Positions 20,183 to 28,897 of a stretch of DNA of 64,000 bases are shown here, one piece after another. A program made the position numbers and the translations under genes. Each line of letters opens with the position of its first letter. The stretch's first letter is position 1. The notes beneath the pieces are model-generated. The model ran no database searches and was not told the origin of the DNA. It saw only the letters and a list, made by a program, of their open reading frames with translations. Source of the stretch: a virus; IMG/VR virus record IMGVR_UViG_3300042330_000875, positions 64,001-128,000 of that record. One strand, 5' to 3'.

Positions 20183-20199
20183 TTTTTATAAAAAAGCAC

Positions 20200-20234
20200 T
20201 AGACAGAGTATAGAAAATTTTCTATACTCTGTCT
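20200..20234 (+). promoter_or_regulatory. Promoter TAGACA-17-TATACT embedded in perfect 34-bp palindrome
   Basis: AGACAGAGTATAGAAAA|TTTTCTATACTCTGTCT at 20201-20234. Confidence 0.7.
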
Positions 20235-20258
20235 CTAATGTTGATGAAGGGAAATTAA

Positions 20259-20669
20259 ATGTCGAGAATTTTGGTTCGAGATGATCGTTGGATGGATTTC
20301 ATTGAACGCAATCTTGTAGATCATGAAGCCATTGCAAATGCGCGTGTTGGCGCATGTATTGTTTTTAAAAACGAAATTGTTTCTTTTCAAACCAATCAAC
20401 TTAAAACGCATCCGCTTCAAACTAAGTTTGGCCGTAATAAGGAAGCTATTTATCTTCATGCTGAAGTGGCAAGTATTGTTGCTGCCAGCAAGCGTATTAT
20501 TCATCCGAATGATTGGAAGAAAAGCACGATTTATGTTTTGCGTTTGACGAAAAACGAAGATCGTGCTATTGCCAAGCCTTGTAGTGGTTGTACTCAAGCA
20601 ATTGCTGCTTATGGAATTGGTCGTGTAGTTTATACTGGGTTTGATGGTGAGACTATTGTAGTTGATTAA
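20259..20669 (+). CDS. Zn-dependent CMP/dCMP-type deaminase
   Basis: LHAE and KPCSGC motifs. Confidence 0.85.
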   Translation: MSRILVRDDRWMDFIERNLVDHEAIANARVGACIVFKNEIVSFQTNQLKTHPLQTKFGRNKEAIYLHAEVASIVAASKRIIHPNDWKKSTIYVLRLTKNEDRAIAKPCSGCTQAIAAYGIGRVVYTGFDGETIVVD

Positions 20670-21187
20670 AAATCAACTGGAACGGTTTCACTCATTATAT
20701 CATTAATATATTGTGAAACAATTTGTTCTTCTGTTCCAACATAACCATTTAAACGAAGATATTCTATAAAATATTCATTCCAAATTAATTTTAATTGTAA
20801 TCCATCTAAGCCTTTTTTATTATCAAAATTACTATCTAACATTTTCATAAATGGTTCTTGTTTTAAATTAGCCAATTCTAATTCATAAGTATCTTGATCA
20901 ATATCTTCGTCTTCTAATTGCCAAAGTAATTGATATTCAAATAGTTTTTTATCGTTTTTAAGAAACAATTTTATTTTTTCACGATATTGTTCTTTTGTTA
21001 ATAAATTTAATTGTAAATCAAATTTTAAAATTTCTAAAGTATTATCAATAATACCCATATCATTGTTTAAAATAAACAATTCTTTTTCTAATTCAATTCC
21101 AGAATAATAATATTCTGCTTCGGCAATTTTTCTAGTTTTGCCTTTTAATCCCCAACTTCCAGGTAATAACCAAAATGGTAATTTCAT
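20666..21187 (-). CDS. Hypothetical protein
   Basis: 173-aa ORF, PGSWGLKG N-terminus. Confidence 0.7.
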   Translation of the reverse strand: MKLPFWLLPGSWGLKGKTRKIAEAEYYYSGIELEKELFILNNDMGIIDNTLEILKFDLQLNLLTKEQYREKIKLFLKNDKKLFEYQLLWQLEDEDIDQDTYELELANLKQEPFMKMLDSNFDNKKGLDGLQLKLIWNEYFIEYLRLNGYVGTEEQIVSQYINDIMSETVPVDF

Positions 21188-21197
21188 TTTTTATTCC

Positions 21198-21716
21198 TTA
21201 TAACTTATAACTATCAATAATTTTTTGTGTATTTTCGATAATTTTATTAGATTTTTCTATTAGATTATTATATCTCTTAATACGGTTATACATTTCTTCT
21301 TTATATTCTAAAACATGACATTTTTCTTGTTCTAATCTATTTTTGAATAGTTCTAAATCTAACCATTTACCAAGATTTATATCAGAGAATAAAATATCAT
21401 CATTATAGTTAATAACTATTTCTTTTTTACTCGTGGTTGACCAAGAAGAAACTTTTGGACCAGAACCGCCACCCTCATCGTTATCATACGAATCATAACT
21501 TGTATGTTGAAATTCAACAACAATGTTTTTATTAATTAGATCAATATTAAAAGAATATGGCACACCAAACGTTTCATCATATTCAAATTCATAACGATAT
21601 GATTTTAATTCTTTATTTTTAAGAGAAATTAAATTATTAATCTTTATTTTATTTTCTTCCAATAATTTCTCTGATAGTTCTATTTCATTTAATAAATTAA
21701 TTATTTCATTATTCAT
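21198..21716 (-). CDS. Hypothetical protein
   Basis: 172-aa ORF in operon. Confidence 0.65.
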   Translation of the reverse strand: MNNEIINLLNEIELSEKLLEENKIKINNLISLKNKELKSYRYEFEYDETFGVPYSFNIDLINKNIVVEFQHTSYDSYDNDEGGGSGPKVSSWSTTSKKEIVINYNDDILFSDINLGKWLDLELFKNRLEQEKCHVLEYKEEMYNRIKRYNNLIEKSNKIIENTQKIIDSYKL

Positions 21717-22141
21717 AATAATTCCTCACAAATTGTAACTTTTATATTTGAGTTGTTTAACATATGTTCTGCTGCATCAAAACTTTCTTGTAATGTTTTT
21801 CCTGTTGGTTTAGGTGGAACAACAATTTCTTTTATTTTGAATTTAATCATTACCTTTACACATTCCGAGCAAGGCCACCAATTAATATACATAATGCTAT
21901 CTTTAACATCAATATTGTTAATAATTGCAGAAAAAATAGCATTTCTTTCCGCATGTTCCAAATAAAAATATTTATGTGGTTTTTCAAGATATTTTGGATT
22001 TTTATCTTTTATATCCGCCCAATCATTAAAACCAGTTGAAATTATTTCGTTGTTTTTTACAATTAATGCTGCCACTTTTCTTGTTGGATCAGGACTTTTT
22101 TCTGCTAAGTTTTTTAAAATTTGAAAATATTCTTTGTTCAT
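21713..22141 (-). CDS. dCMP deaminase
   Basis: SPDPTRKVAA, STGFN, HAERNAI, PCSEC. Confidence 0.85.
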   Translation of the reverse strand: MNKEYFQILKNLAEKSPDPTRKVAALIVKNNEIISTGFNDWADIKDKNPKYLEKPHKYFYLEHAERNAIFSAIINNIDVKDSIMYINWWPCSECVKVMIKFKIKEIVVPPKPTGKTLQESFDAAEHMLNNSNIKVTICEELL

Positions 22142-22268
22142 TTTTAACCTCTTGATTAGAGTATAATCAAAAATGATAATTTAAACAAATAAAACTTGAC
22201 GAAATTGCAAAAATATTTTATTATTAATTTTAAATAGATTAAATTAAAAAACAATACAAGGAACAATT

Positions 22269-22520
22269 ATGATTTTTACAGCGGCATTGATGAATTTAAT
22301 TTTATCTTTTATTTCAATTGTTTATATTAAGTTTAAAAACTTTGATGTAATTTATTATTCTAAATTATCAAAAGAACAACAGGTAATTTATCTACAAAAT
22401 TATACTGATAATAGTTTGAAATTTCTTTCGCAAAATGAAATTGTTCAAATACAAACATATTCTCTTATGTTTATTGTTATGTTACTTTTATTACCTTATG
22501 CTTATTTTTTCGGGCTATAA
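22269..22520 (+). CDS. Small membrane protein
   Basis: Two hydrophobic segments; AAGGA RBS. Confidence 0.55.
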   Translation: MIFTAALMNLILSFISIVYIKFKNFDVIYYSKLSKEQQVIYLQNYTDNSLKFLSQNEIVQIQTYSLMFIVMLLLLPYAYFFGL

Positions 22521-22547
22521 TTTCAATTTAAAAAATTGTTAATTTTA

Positions 22548-22555
22548 TATAAATA
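22548..22555 (+). promoter_or_regulatory. T4-like late promoter TATAAATA
   Basis: Exact consensus upstream of virion-protein operon. Confidence 0.7.
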
Positions 22556-22579
22556 TTAGGTTATTAGAGGAGTTAAATA

Positions 22580-24433
22580 ATGTCATCAAATAATTTTTCA
22601 TTGGAAGGTGTAGCCAGTAAAGTTCGCTTAGGCAAAGCTGGTCCACAATTAAAAAACAATAATGGTGTTATCGAAGTTAAAAACGTAGATGATACCACTT
22701 TAGCTAAATTATCAGTTGCAGATGGAACCAATCCATCAGAAGCAACAAATTTATCTCAATTAGAAAGCGCAATTGCAGATGTACCAGTTACTTTTACTGG
22801 TTTTGATTTTCGTTTAGGCGATATCGCAAACGGCGATGGTAGTTGGACACCAGGAGCGGTTCCAATTGATGAAAATACCAAAATAAGTGCAGCAATTGAT
22901 GGTTTAAATGAAGTTCTTTCATTGCTTGTTCCTGCACAACCGCCAGCTTTTCCAAATGCTCAAGCATTAACTTTAACTTCAGTTGGTACATCACCATTAC
23001 AAGCTGCTGGTGCGGTTCCAAACAATACAGGAACAACTTCTCCTTGGAGTGCTGGACAAGCAGTTACACGCTTAACTTCAAACGCAACTACTAACACATT
23101 TAATGATATGGGTCCAGGCAACTCAGGAACCGTTACACTTATTAATAATGGCGCATCTTCTGGTTCTCGTGTTTTAACTGGAACTGGCGATAATGGAACT
23201 TATGGTAATCTTGTAATAGCAGATCAAAAAGATTTTCCAGTTATTACGCCCGGTTTTTGGAAATCCATTGATATTTCTGGTAGTGGTATAGTTGGAACAC
23301 AAGGAACAAATCGTATTTCAATCAATCATTCGGCTGCTGGTTCAACAGGGGATGTTTTTTATATTAGAGACAATATAACAGCAACCCCAGTTGTTAGCTC
23401 AGTTGGTTTATCTCAATCAGGTTCTCCTACATTTGCCTATAGTTCAAGTGTGCCTCATTATGGTGATTCAACCGCAACTTTAACTGGTTCAGCAAGTGTT
23501 AACAATTTATCAGGTGAAACGTATTATGGCGGTTCAACCCCATTTACGGTTTCTGGCACAAATTCTATTATAGCATCACAAAGTTATACTTATGCAACTT
23601 TAGGTATTACTACACCAATTACTCGACAAACTGTTGCTGCTACTCCAATTACACCAGTTTCTATTTTAGTTAATGGAACAAACATTCATAATTCTGGTTT
23701 AATTCAAGCAGTTTCAACAAACGTAAATGGTTCAAGTGCTGCAACCAATTTAAGTTCTTCAATTGTGTTAGTAAAACGTGGAACAGTTGGCAGTAGAATT
23801 GATGAAATGAATATTCCAATTACTATTGCTGGAACAACCGGAGATTCAGTTGCACAAAGAATTTCTTCTAATTCAAATGCTGATACACCAAATTATACTT
23901 TTACTGGAACATCAACAGATTGGGTACAAAATGCAGCTTTAAGCACTTATGAAACAGCAGTAGTTGCTGGTTTATTATCTCATAACCAAACAAATTATTC
24001 AACTGGTCATTTACCAGTTGGGCCAAATTTAAGTGTTGGTCGAACAGGCGCACAATATATTACATTTTGGTTTAGACGTACACCAGTTAGTAAATTTGAT
24101 CTTCAATTAACAACAGGTGTTAGTGGTATTGGTGGTTGCTGGATTAAATTAGTAGGTCAAGAAACAACAAGTACATTAAATGGTTGGTTTGATATGAGTT
24201 TAGCTTATTCTGGTTCTGGTGCTCCTGGTGCTGGCGCTGGTGGTAATGGAAGTAATGGTTGTGCATTAGGTGGTGTTTTAGCTACTAGCACACAATATAC
24301 CAATGCAAGAAGAACTGTTACTTTTGGTACATTAAGTTCAGCAAGTGCAACCAACAATTCAATTTTAGTTAGATTTAAATTAACTTCTGGACAATCAATT
24401 CCAGCATTAAGCATTTTAGCGGCAAGTAATTAA
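22580..24433 (+). CDS. Virion structural protein (Ser/Thr/Gly-rich)
   Basis: Composition, late promoter, strong GAGGAG RBS. Confidence 0.7.
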   Translation: MSSNNFSLEGVASKVRLGKAGPQLKNNNGVIEVKNVDDTTLAKLSVADGTNPSEATNLSQLESAIADVPVTFTGFDFRLGDIANGDGSWTPGAVPIDENTKISAAIDGLNEVLSLLVPAQPPAFPNAQALTLTSVGTSPLQAAGAVPNNTGTTSPWSAGQAVTRLTSNATTNTFNDMGPGNSGTVTLINNGASSGSRVLTGTGDNGTYGNLVIADQKDFPVITPGFWKSIDISGSGIVGTQGTNRISINHSAAGSTGDVFYIRDNITATPVVSSVGLSQSGSPTFAYSSSVPHYGDSTATLTGSASVNNLSGETYYGGSTPFTVSGTNSIIASQSYTYATLGITTPITRQTVAATPITPVSILVNGTNIHNSGLIQAVSTNVNGSSAATNLSSSIVLVKRGTVGSRIDEMNIPITIAGTTGDSVAQRISSNSNADTPNYTFTGTSTDWVQNAALSTYETAVVAGLLSHNQTNYSTGHLPVGPNLSVGRTGAQYITFWFRRTPVSKFDLQLTTGVSGIGGCWIKLVGQETTSTLNGWFDMSLAYSGSGAPGAGAGGNGSNGCALGGVLATSTQYTNARRTVTFGTLSSASATNNSILVRFKLTSGQSIPALSILAASN

Positions 24434-24447
24434 TAGGAGAATAAAAA

Positions 24448-25506
24448 ATGGCTATTTCAGATACACAATTAATCGACCTATTAGTTAAAAAAGTTATTGG
24501 TGGCGTTGCTAAAACCGATACGGCAAGTGCAAAAAGTGTTAGCAATGAAACTATTGCTAGTCCTTTACCAGTTTATGCAAATCAAATTTGGGCTGAACCA
24601 GAAAATATTCCAAATACTCCACCAATTTCTAATACATCGGCAGTAAGTGTTCGCACGGTTGCCAATTCAAGTTCACAAATAAATTTAACAATGGACGCAA
24701 CATCAACAACCAATCGTACATTTTTAACTGGATTGGTTGATTGGATTTCTCCTACATTTGGAAGTAATTATGCGGTAAAGATTTATCGTGGAAATCCAGC
24801 ATTGGGCGGGGTTCAAATATTCCCAAATGGTTCTGGTAACTCTGATTCTTATATGTTTGATTATACTGCTGGTGTTTTAAATTTTGCTGATACAAATATT
24901 CCATCGGGCATAACATCAAGCAATGTTTGGATTGAAGGTTATCGATATATTGGAGCAAAAGGCGTAGCAAGTGCTGCTGGATCAACAAAAACATATATTG
25001 TTGCTAACATTGCTGCTAGAGATGCATTAACTGGATTAAAGGCTGGCGATGGTGCATTTGTGTTAGATGCAAGTGCCGATCCTCAAATAACAGATACAGG
25101 CGAATATGCAGAATATCGTTGGACTGGTTCTGCTTGGAAATTGATTTCAACTGAAGACGCAGTTAAAGTTGATGCTAGTTCAATTAAAATTACAGTTAAT
25201 TCTTCAACTACTGGGCCAATCGTTTTAGCAACTGCCGGAAATATTTATTCCACTTATAAAGTTTCAAGAATTATTGGAGCAGAAATTAAAGTTAATACTG
25301 TTTTTGATGGAAATAAATCTTTTAATGTTGGTACAGACGGTAATAATACTGCTGTTTTAACCGATACTGATTATGATTTAACACAAACTGGTAATTACGT
25401 TCGCAGCGGTGGTTTTGACTTCCCAAGTGGCAATACAGAAATTAAATTATTTACTTCTGGAAGTTCAACAGTAGGAAGCGCTACGATTTATTTGACTTAT
25501 GTTTAA
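24448..25506 (+). CDS. Virion structural protein
   Basis: FDYTAGVLNF, GYRYIG, VANIAARDAL motifs typical of jumbo-phage virion proteins. Confidence 0.7.
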   Translation: MAISDTQLIDLLVKKVIGGVAKTDTASAKSVSNETIASPLPVYANQIWAEPENIPNTPPISNTSAVSVRTVANSSSQINLTMDATSTTNRTFLTGLVDWISPTFGSNYAVKIYRGNPALGGVQIFPNGSGNSDSYMFDYTAGVLNFADTNIPSGITSSNVWIEGYRYIGAKGVASAAGSTKTYIVANIAARDALTGLKAGDGAFVLDASADPQITDTGEYAEYRWTGSAWKLISTEDAVKVDASSIKITVNSSTTGPIVLATAGNIYSTYKVSRIIGAEIKVNTVFDGNKSFNVGTDGNNTAVLTDTDYDLTQTGNYVRSGGFDFPSGNTEIKLFTSGSSTVGSATIYLTYV

Positions 25507-25514
25507 TAATTAAT

Positions 25515-25544
25515 AAAGGGGAGATTTAAATCTCCCCTTTTTTT
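25515..25544. terminator. Bidirectional terminator
   Basis: AAAGGGGAGATTT|AAATCTCCCCTTT. Confidence 0.8.
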
Positions 25545-25734
25545 AAAAGAAATTAGGAATGTTCATAATTCCATAACCAATTAAAAACAAAACAACGGAA
25601 ATAATAAAACAAAGTGTTTTTAAGCCACCAATTTTACGTTTATTTACCGTAACAGTACCAAATAAAGAAACAACTGCTAGGCCAATTGCAAAGGTGAAAA
25701 AGGGCGATGCAATAAGAATAAAAAGAAGTTCCAT
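25543..25734 (-). CDS. Small two-TM membrane protein
   Basis: AAGGAG RBS; promoter at 25810-25782. Confidence 0.7.
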   Translation of the reverse strand: MELLFILIASPFFTFAIGLAVVSLFGTVTVNKRKIGGLKTLCFIISVVLFLIGYGIMNIPNFF

Positions 25735-25777
25735 AGTTCAATCTCCTTTGTTCGTTGCGACGTTTCCGTCTTGATGA

Positions 25778-25833
25778 ACCCAATATAGAAAATTTTCTGA
25801 TCTTTGTCAAGCGCTTTTTTAAATTTAATTTTT
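25778..25833 (-). repeat. Promoter-cassette repeat copy 1, promoter-proximal half (interrupted by transposon)
   Basis: Matches 40212-40266 and 44692-44746; TTGACA-17-TATATT on minus strand. Confidence 0.85.
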
Positions 25834-25932
25834 CCGGTATTATGTAGCAAACGCCACTAACTTTCTCAGCAGAAGCCCGGCATTTTACAGTATATTGCAT
25901 ATCGAGATCAAAAATCAAAATTGGAATGAAAG

Positions 25933-26358
25933 ATGCCGTTCGCTGAAATTTTGAAACCGCTTCAGGAGAAGCACGCTGAATTAACGGCAGTTATAAAAAA
26001 TCTACAAATTCAGATTGATTTACATAAGGATAATTTACGACACTTAGAAGCGACGATGCGGTTATTCGATGGTAGCACACCCATTCTCACAAAGAAGGAA
26101 GAGAAGGCGAAGATTTTTTGGCATGGTGAATTATCACGCCTGATTATGGATGCGTTGCGCGGGAAGGAATCTGGTTTGAGTACGACAGATATAACGCATG
26201 CTGTTATGTTGACTAAAAATCTCGATTCGGAAGACAAGAATTTTGTGAAGGAGATAAAGGAGCAGGTAACGCGGTGTTTATCGCGTCAAAAGTCTATTGG
26301 GTTATTGAGTTCGAAAAAATCCGATGGGAAGGATTATATTTGGGATATTAAAGATTAA
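25933..26358 (+). CDS. Transposon passenger, coiled-coil plus winged-HTH-like protein
   Basis: N-terminal coiled coil, GLSTTDI..LSRQKSIG..YIW. Confidence 0.6.
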   Translation: MPFAEILKPLQEKHAELTAVIKNLQIQIDLHKDNLRHLEATMRLFDGSTPILTKKEEKAKIFWHGELSRLIMDALRGKESGLSTTDITHAVMLTKNLDSEDKNFVKEIKEQVTRCLSRQKSIGLLSSKKSDGKDYIWDIKD

Positions 26359-26394
26359 TATTATAAATATATATTAACATATTGGAGAATTTTT

Positions 26395-26625
26395 ATGGAA
26401 GATATTTTTAAAGATGCAGAAGTAGTGTATATGACTTCTGAGGAAATAAGAAATTTGAAAACCAATTTAGATGGTGTTTTGGAAAATATTAAAACCTTAA
26501 TTACGCCAGAATGGCTTGAAAATCATCCTCGCCAGATCGTGAACGGCAGAGAATATTATGATTTTAATAAAGAGGATTACGATTTATTAGGAATAAAATT
26601 AAGAACAATTATTTTGTCGTATTAA
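26395..26625 (+). CDS. Hypothetical passenger protein
   Basis: GGAG RBS. Confidence 0.5.
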   Translation: MEDIFKDAEVVYMTSEEIRNLKTNLDGVLENIKTLITPEWLENHPRQIVNGREYYDFNKEDYDLLGIKLRTIILSY

Positions 26626-26818
26626 TAATATTTTTTTCTACAAACTCTAGATAATCATCGTAATTACTGAATTCCAAATCACCAAGAAGCTTATTTCCGT
26701 CATTTTGAATTATTCTAGCCACTATATATGGGGTAGTTGTTGCCGAATTTAATTTATAAGCTGGAATGATAGTGACGTAATTATTCTTGAATGTATCTAG
26801 CGTAAATGATATTGACAT
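26609..26818 (-). CDS. Hypothetical passenger protein
   Basis: GAGG RBS. Confidence 0.5.
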   Translation of the reverse strand: MSISFTLDTFKNNYVTIIPAYKLNSATTTPYIVARIIQNDGNKLLGDLEFSNYDDYLEFVEKNIINTTK

Positions 26819-26891
26819 AATTCCTCACTCGCATTGATCCGGTAAATTTGGTACAACCAAATAGGCGCGCTTGCAACAGTTTTTCCCCTTT

Positions 26892-27869
26892 TTATTTTTG
26901 CTGATTACGTTGCCAATACCCGGAAAAATCAACCGAGGGGCGATTAACACAAACCAACCGAAGAACGCGGTCGAATTGAGCCACATTCCCGTCAGAACGA
27001 TGATCTTCACGAAAAGCCATCTCGCGCGCGTACCGATCAAGGTAAACGCCCGAAAGGTGATGATGATGCCCCAATTCAGCACGACGCAACCGCGAAAAGA
27101 AACTTTCAGCTTGATTCGTACATGCACCTTCAAAACTGTAAGCTTCGCTGTGATTGATCCGTTTCATGTCGAATTTGGCATGTAGATTATTCCAAGCCCG
27201 TGCTTCATCGGCATGAATTGTGGTTCCTTTTTCGACATTTTGTTTAATGAAATTTAGGCTTTGTTCTTCAGAAGCGAAAGTTTTGGTTTTCGTCTTGCCA
27301 TTGCGTTCGCGGATGACAACGACGCATTTGCGTTTGCCGGTTTGGTTTTCAGCCAAGCGCCGATCTTTGCGTTCGGTTTTGAGATTTTCAGGGCGCATGT
27401 GTCCGCCGAAGTAAGCCCCATCGATTTCAACCGTTTTATCGATACCGCCGATTTCGTTCTGATTGATTTCCGACGCCATCGCTTCGCGCAATTTATGCGT
27501 TAAGACGAAGGCCGTCTTATACTGAACATCCAGATCGCGGCTCAAAGCCAAAGCCGATTTGCCTTTGACTTCGTTGACGAAAATTGCAATAGCGGCAAGG
27601 TACATGTTCAAAGGGAGTTTATGCCAAGCGAACAAGGTGCCCGAAGTAAGGGTGAATTCTTTCCGGCAATCTTTGCAGCGCCAACGGCGCGTTCCTGATT
27701 TCCGGGGGCAGAAATAAAGCGTCAAGGAGCCGCAATCGGGGCAATGAGGCGTGCCATCGGCCCAACGGATTTTTTGAAAGGCATCGGCGCTTTCCTCGGC
27801 AGTCATGCGAAAAATTTTCGCCAGGGAAAGGCCGCGAGCATCTTTTGAAAGGAGAAAATGTTGTGTCAT
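26892..27869 (-). CDS. IS1595-family transposase
   Basis: Zn ribbon CPDC/CKDC, TSGTLF, VEIDGAYFGG, HADE, TNQAESFFSRLRR. Confidence 0.95.
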   Translation of the reverse strand: MTQHFLLSKDARGLSLAKIFRMTAEESADAFQKIRWADGTPHCPDCGSLTLYFCPRKSGTRRWRCKDCRKEFTLTSGTLFAWHKLPLNMYLAAIAIFVNEVKGKSALALSRDLDVQYKTAFVLTHKLREAMASEINQNEIGGIDKTVEIDGAYFGGHMRPENLKTERKDRRLAENQTGKRKCVVVIRERNGKTKTKTFASEEQSLNFIKQNVEKGTTIHADEARAWNNLHAKFDMKRINHSEAYSFEGACTNQAESFFSRLRRAELGHHHHLSGVYLDRYAREMAFREDHRSDGNVAQFDRVLRLVCVNRPSVDFSGYWQRNQQK

Positions 27870-27984
27870 TTCACGTATCCATTGTTTAACTAACGAATAC
27901 GTTATGTTTTTGAAATCGCCTTGTCAACAGAAAAGATAACGTATATGTTGTTTTTATAACTTTTATGTTTGGGGGAGTTGGGGA

Positions 27985-28212
27985 ATGAGTAAGGAAGTTT
28001 GGGAAGAACGAGCGAAGCGGTTTTTAAAGGCCGAATTGAAGCGGCAAGGCGTGACGTATGAGGATTTGGCACACCGATTAAGTGCGTTAGGCATTTCGGA
28101 AACTGAGGGATCGGTAGGGATGAAGATTTCTCGGGGCACTTACCCGGCTTGGTTTTTGTTTGCGGTTATGAGTGTGATTGGAATTAGTGTTTTAAGATTG
28201 GAAAATGAATAG
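27985..28212 (+). CDS. DUF6471-like HTH protein
   Basis: LKAELKRQGVTYEDLA..L..KISRG; divergent from the transposase. Confidence 0.75.
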   Translation: MSKEVWEERAKRFLKAELKRQGVTYEDLAHRLSALGISETEGSVGMKISRGTYPAWFLFAVMSVIGISVLRLENE

Positions 28213-28241
28213 GGGCTAATAGCCCCTATTTAAAATTGTTT

Positions 28242-28850
28242 TCACTTTATAAATTCTTGTTTAACAATAATCCATTCATCATCTCGCGGCATTGATCCAT
28301 CTATGTTACCAGAATACCTTATAATGGCACCAAATTTTTGTTTATACATTACCCCTTTATCCTCATACTCGAAATTGGATACAATTGAATATGTACAGTC
28401 TCCGTAAAAAGTCGCAGAAACATCATTAGTCGTGGGGTCGGCATAAATTTTCTTATTGCTTGGTAAGGGCACAAGCATTTTCCTTAGAGTAGTATAATAT
28501 GCATCCATAACGCTCCATCCATTTCCAGAACAATAATCTCTTTTTACGTTTTCGATTTTTGTTCTGCTATAGCTATCGTATATATTTTTCCTTCTTTCCA
28601 ATTCCCGCATAACTGCACTATCGTCTATGACATTATTTTGCTGTTGATTTTTCTCTTTCTCCTGTTTCTCTTTTTCTTTTTTCTCAAGCTCAATTTTTTC
28701 GGCTAAAATTTTACTCTGAGTTTCTTTTTCCTGCTGTACCTTTTTTTGTTCCTCGACCTTGACCTTTTCGGCTTTGTCCGATTCTTTATAAAGATAAATC
28801 ATAATCATAGCGACTATGACCAAAAACACATTTTTCAAGCTGAATTTCAT
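28242..28850 (-). CDS. Membrane-anchored hypothetical passenger protein
   Basis: N-terminal TM plus K/E/Q-rich stalk. Confidence 0.7.
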   Translation of the reverse strand: MKFSLKNVFLVIVAMIMIYLYKESDKAEKVKVEEQKKVQQEKETQSKILAEKIELEKKEKEKQEKEKNQQQNNVIDDSAVMRELERRKNIYDSYSRTKIENVKRDYCSGNGWSVMDAYYTTLRKMLVPLPSNKKIYADPTTNDVSATFYGDCTYSIVSNFEYEDKGVMYKQKFGAIIRYSGNIDGSMPRDDEWIIVKQEFIK

Positions 28851-28897
28851 AGTAAATTACTCCTGTGATTAGGATGTTGAAAGAGTTTTTCTAAATA

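Noticed and set aside
26825-27503. Overlapping ORFs within the transposase, and similar shadow ORFs (e.g. 86-316, 18831-19208, 20235-20597, 29307-29837, 43545-43856)
   Set aside because: Antisense or alternate-frame shadows of well-supported genes, without RBS or motifs
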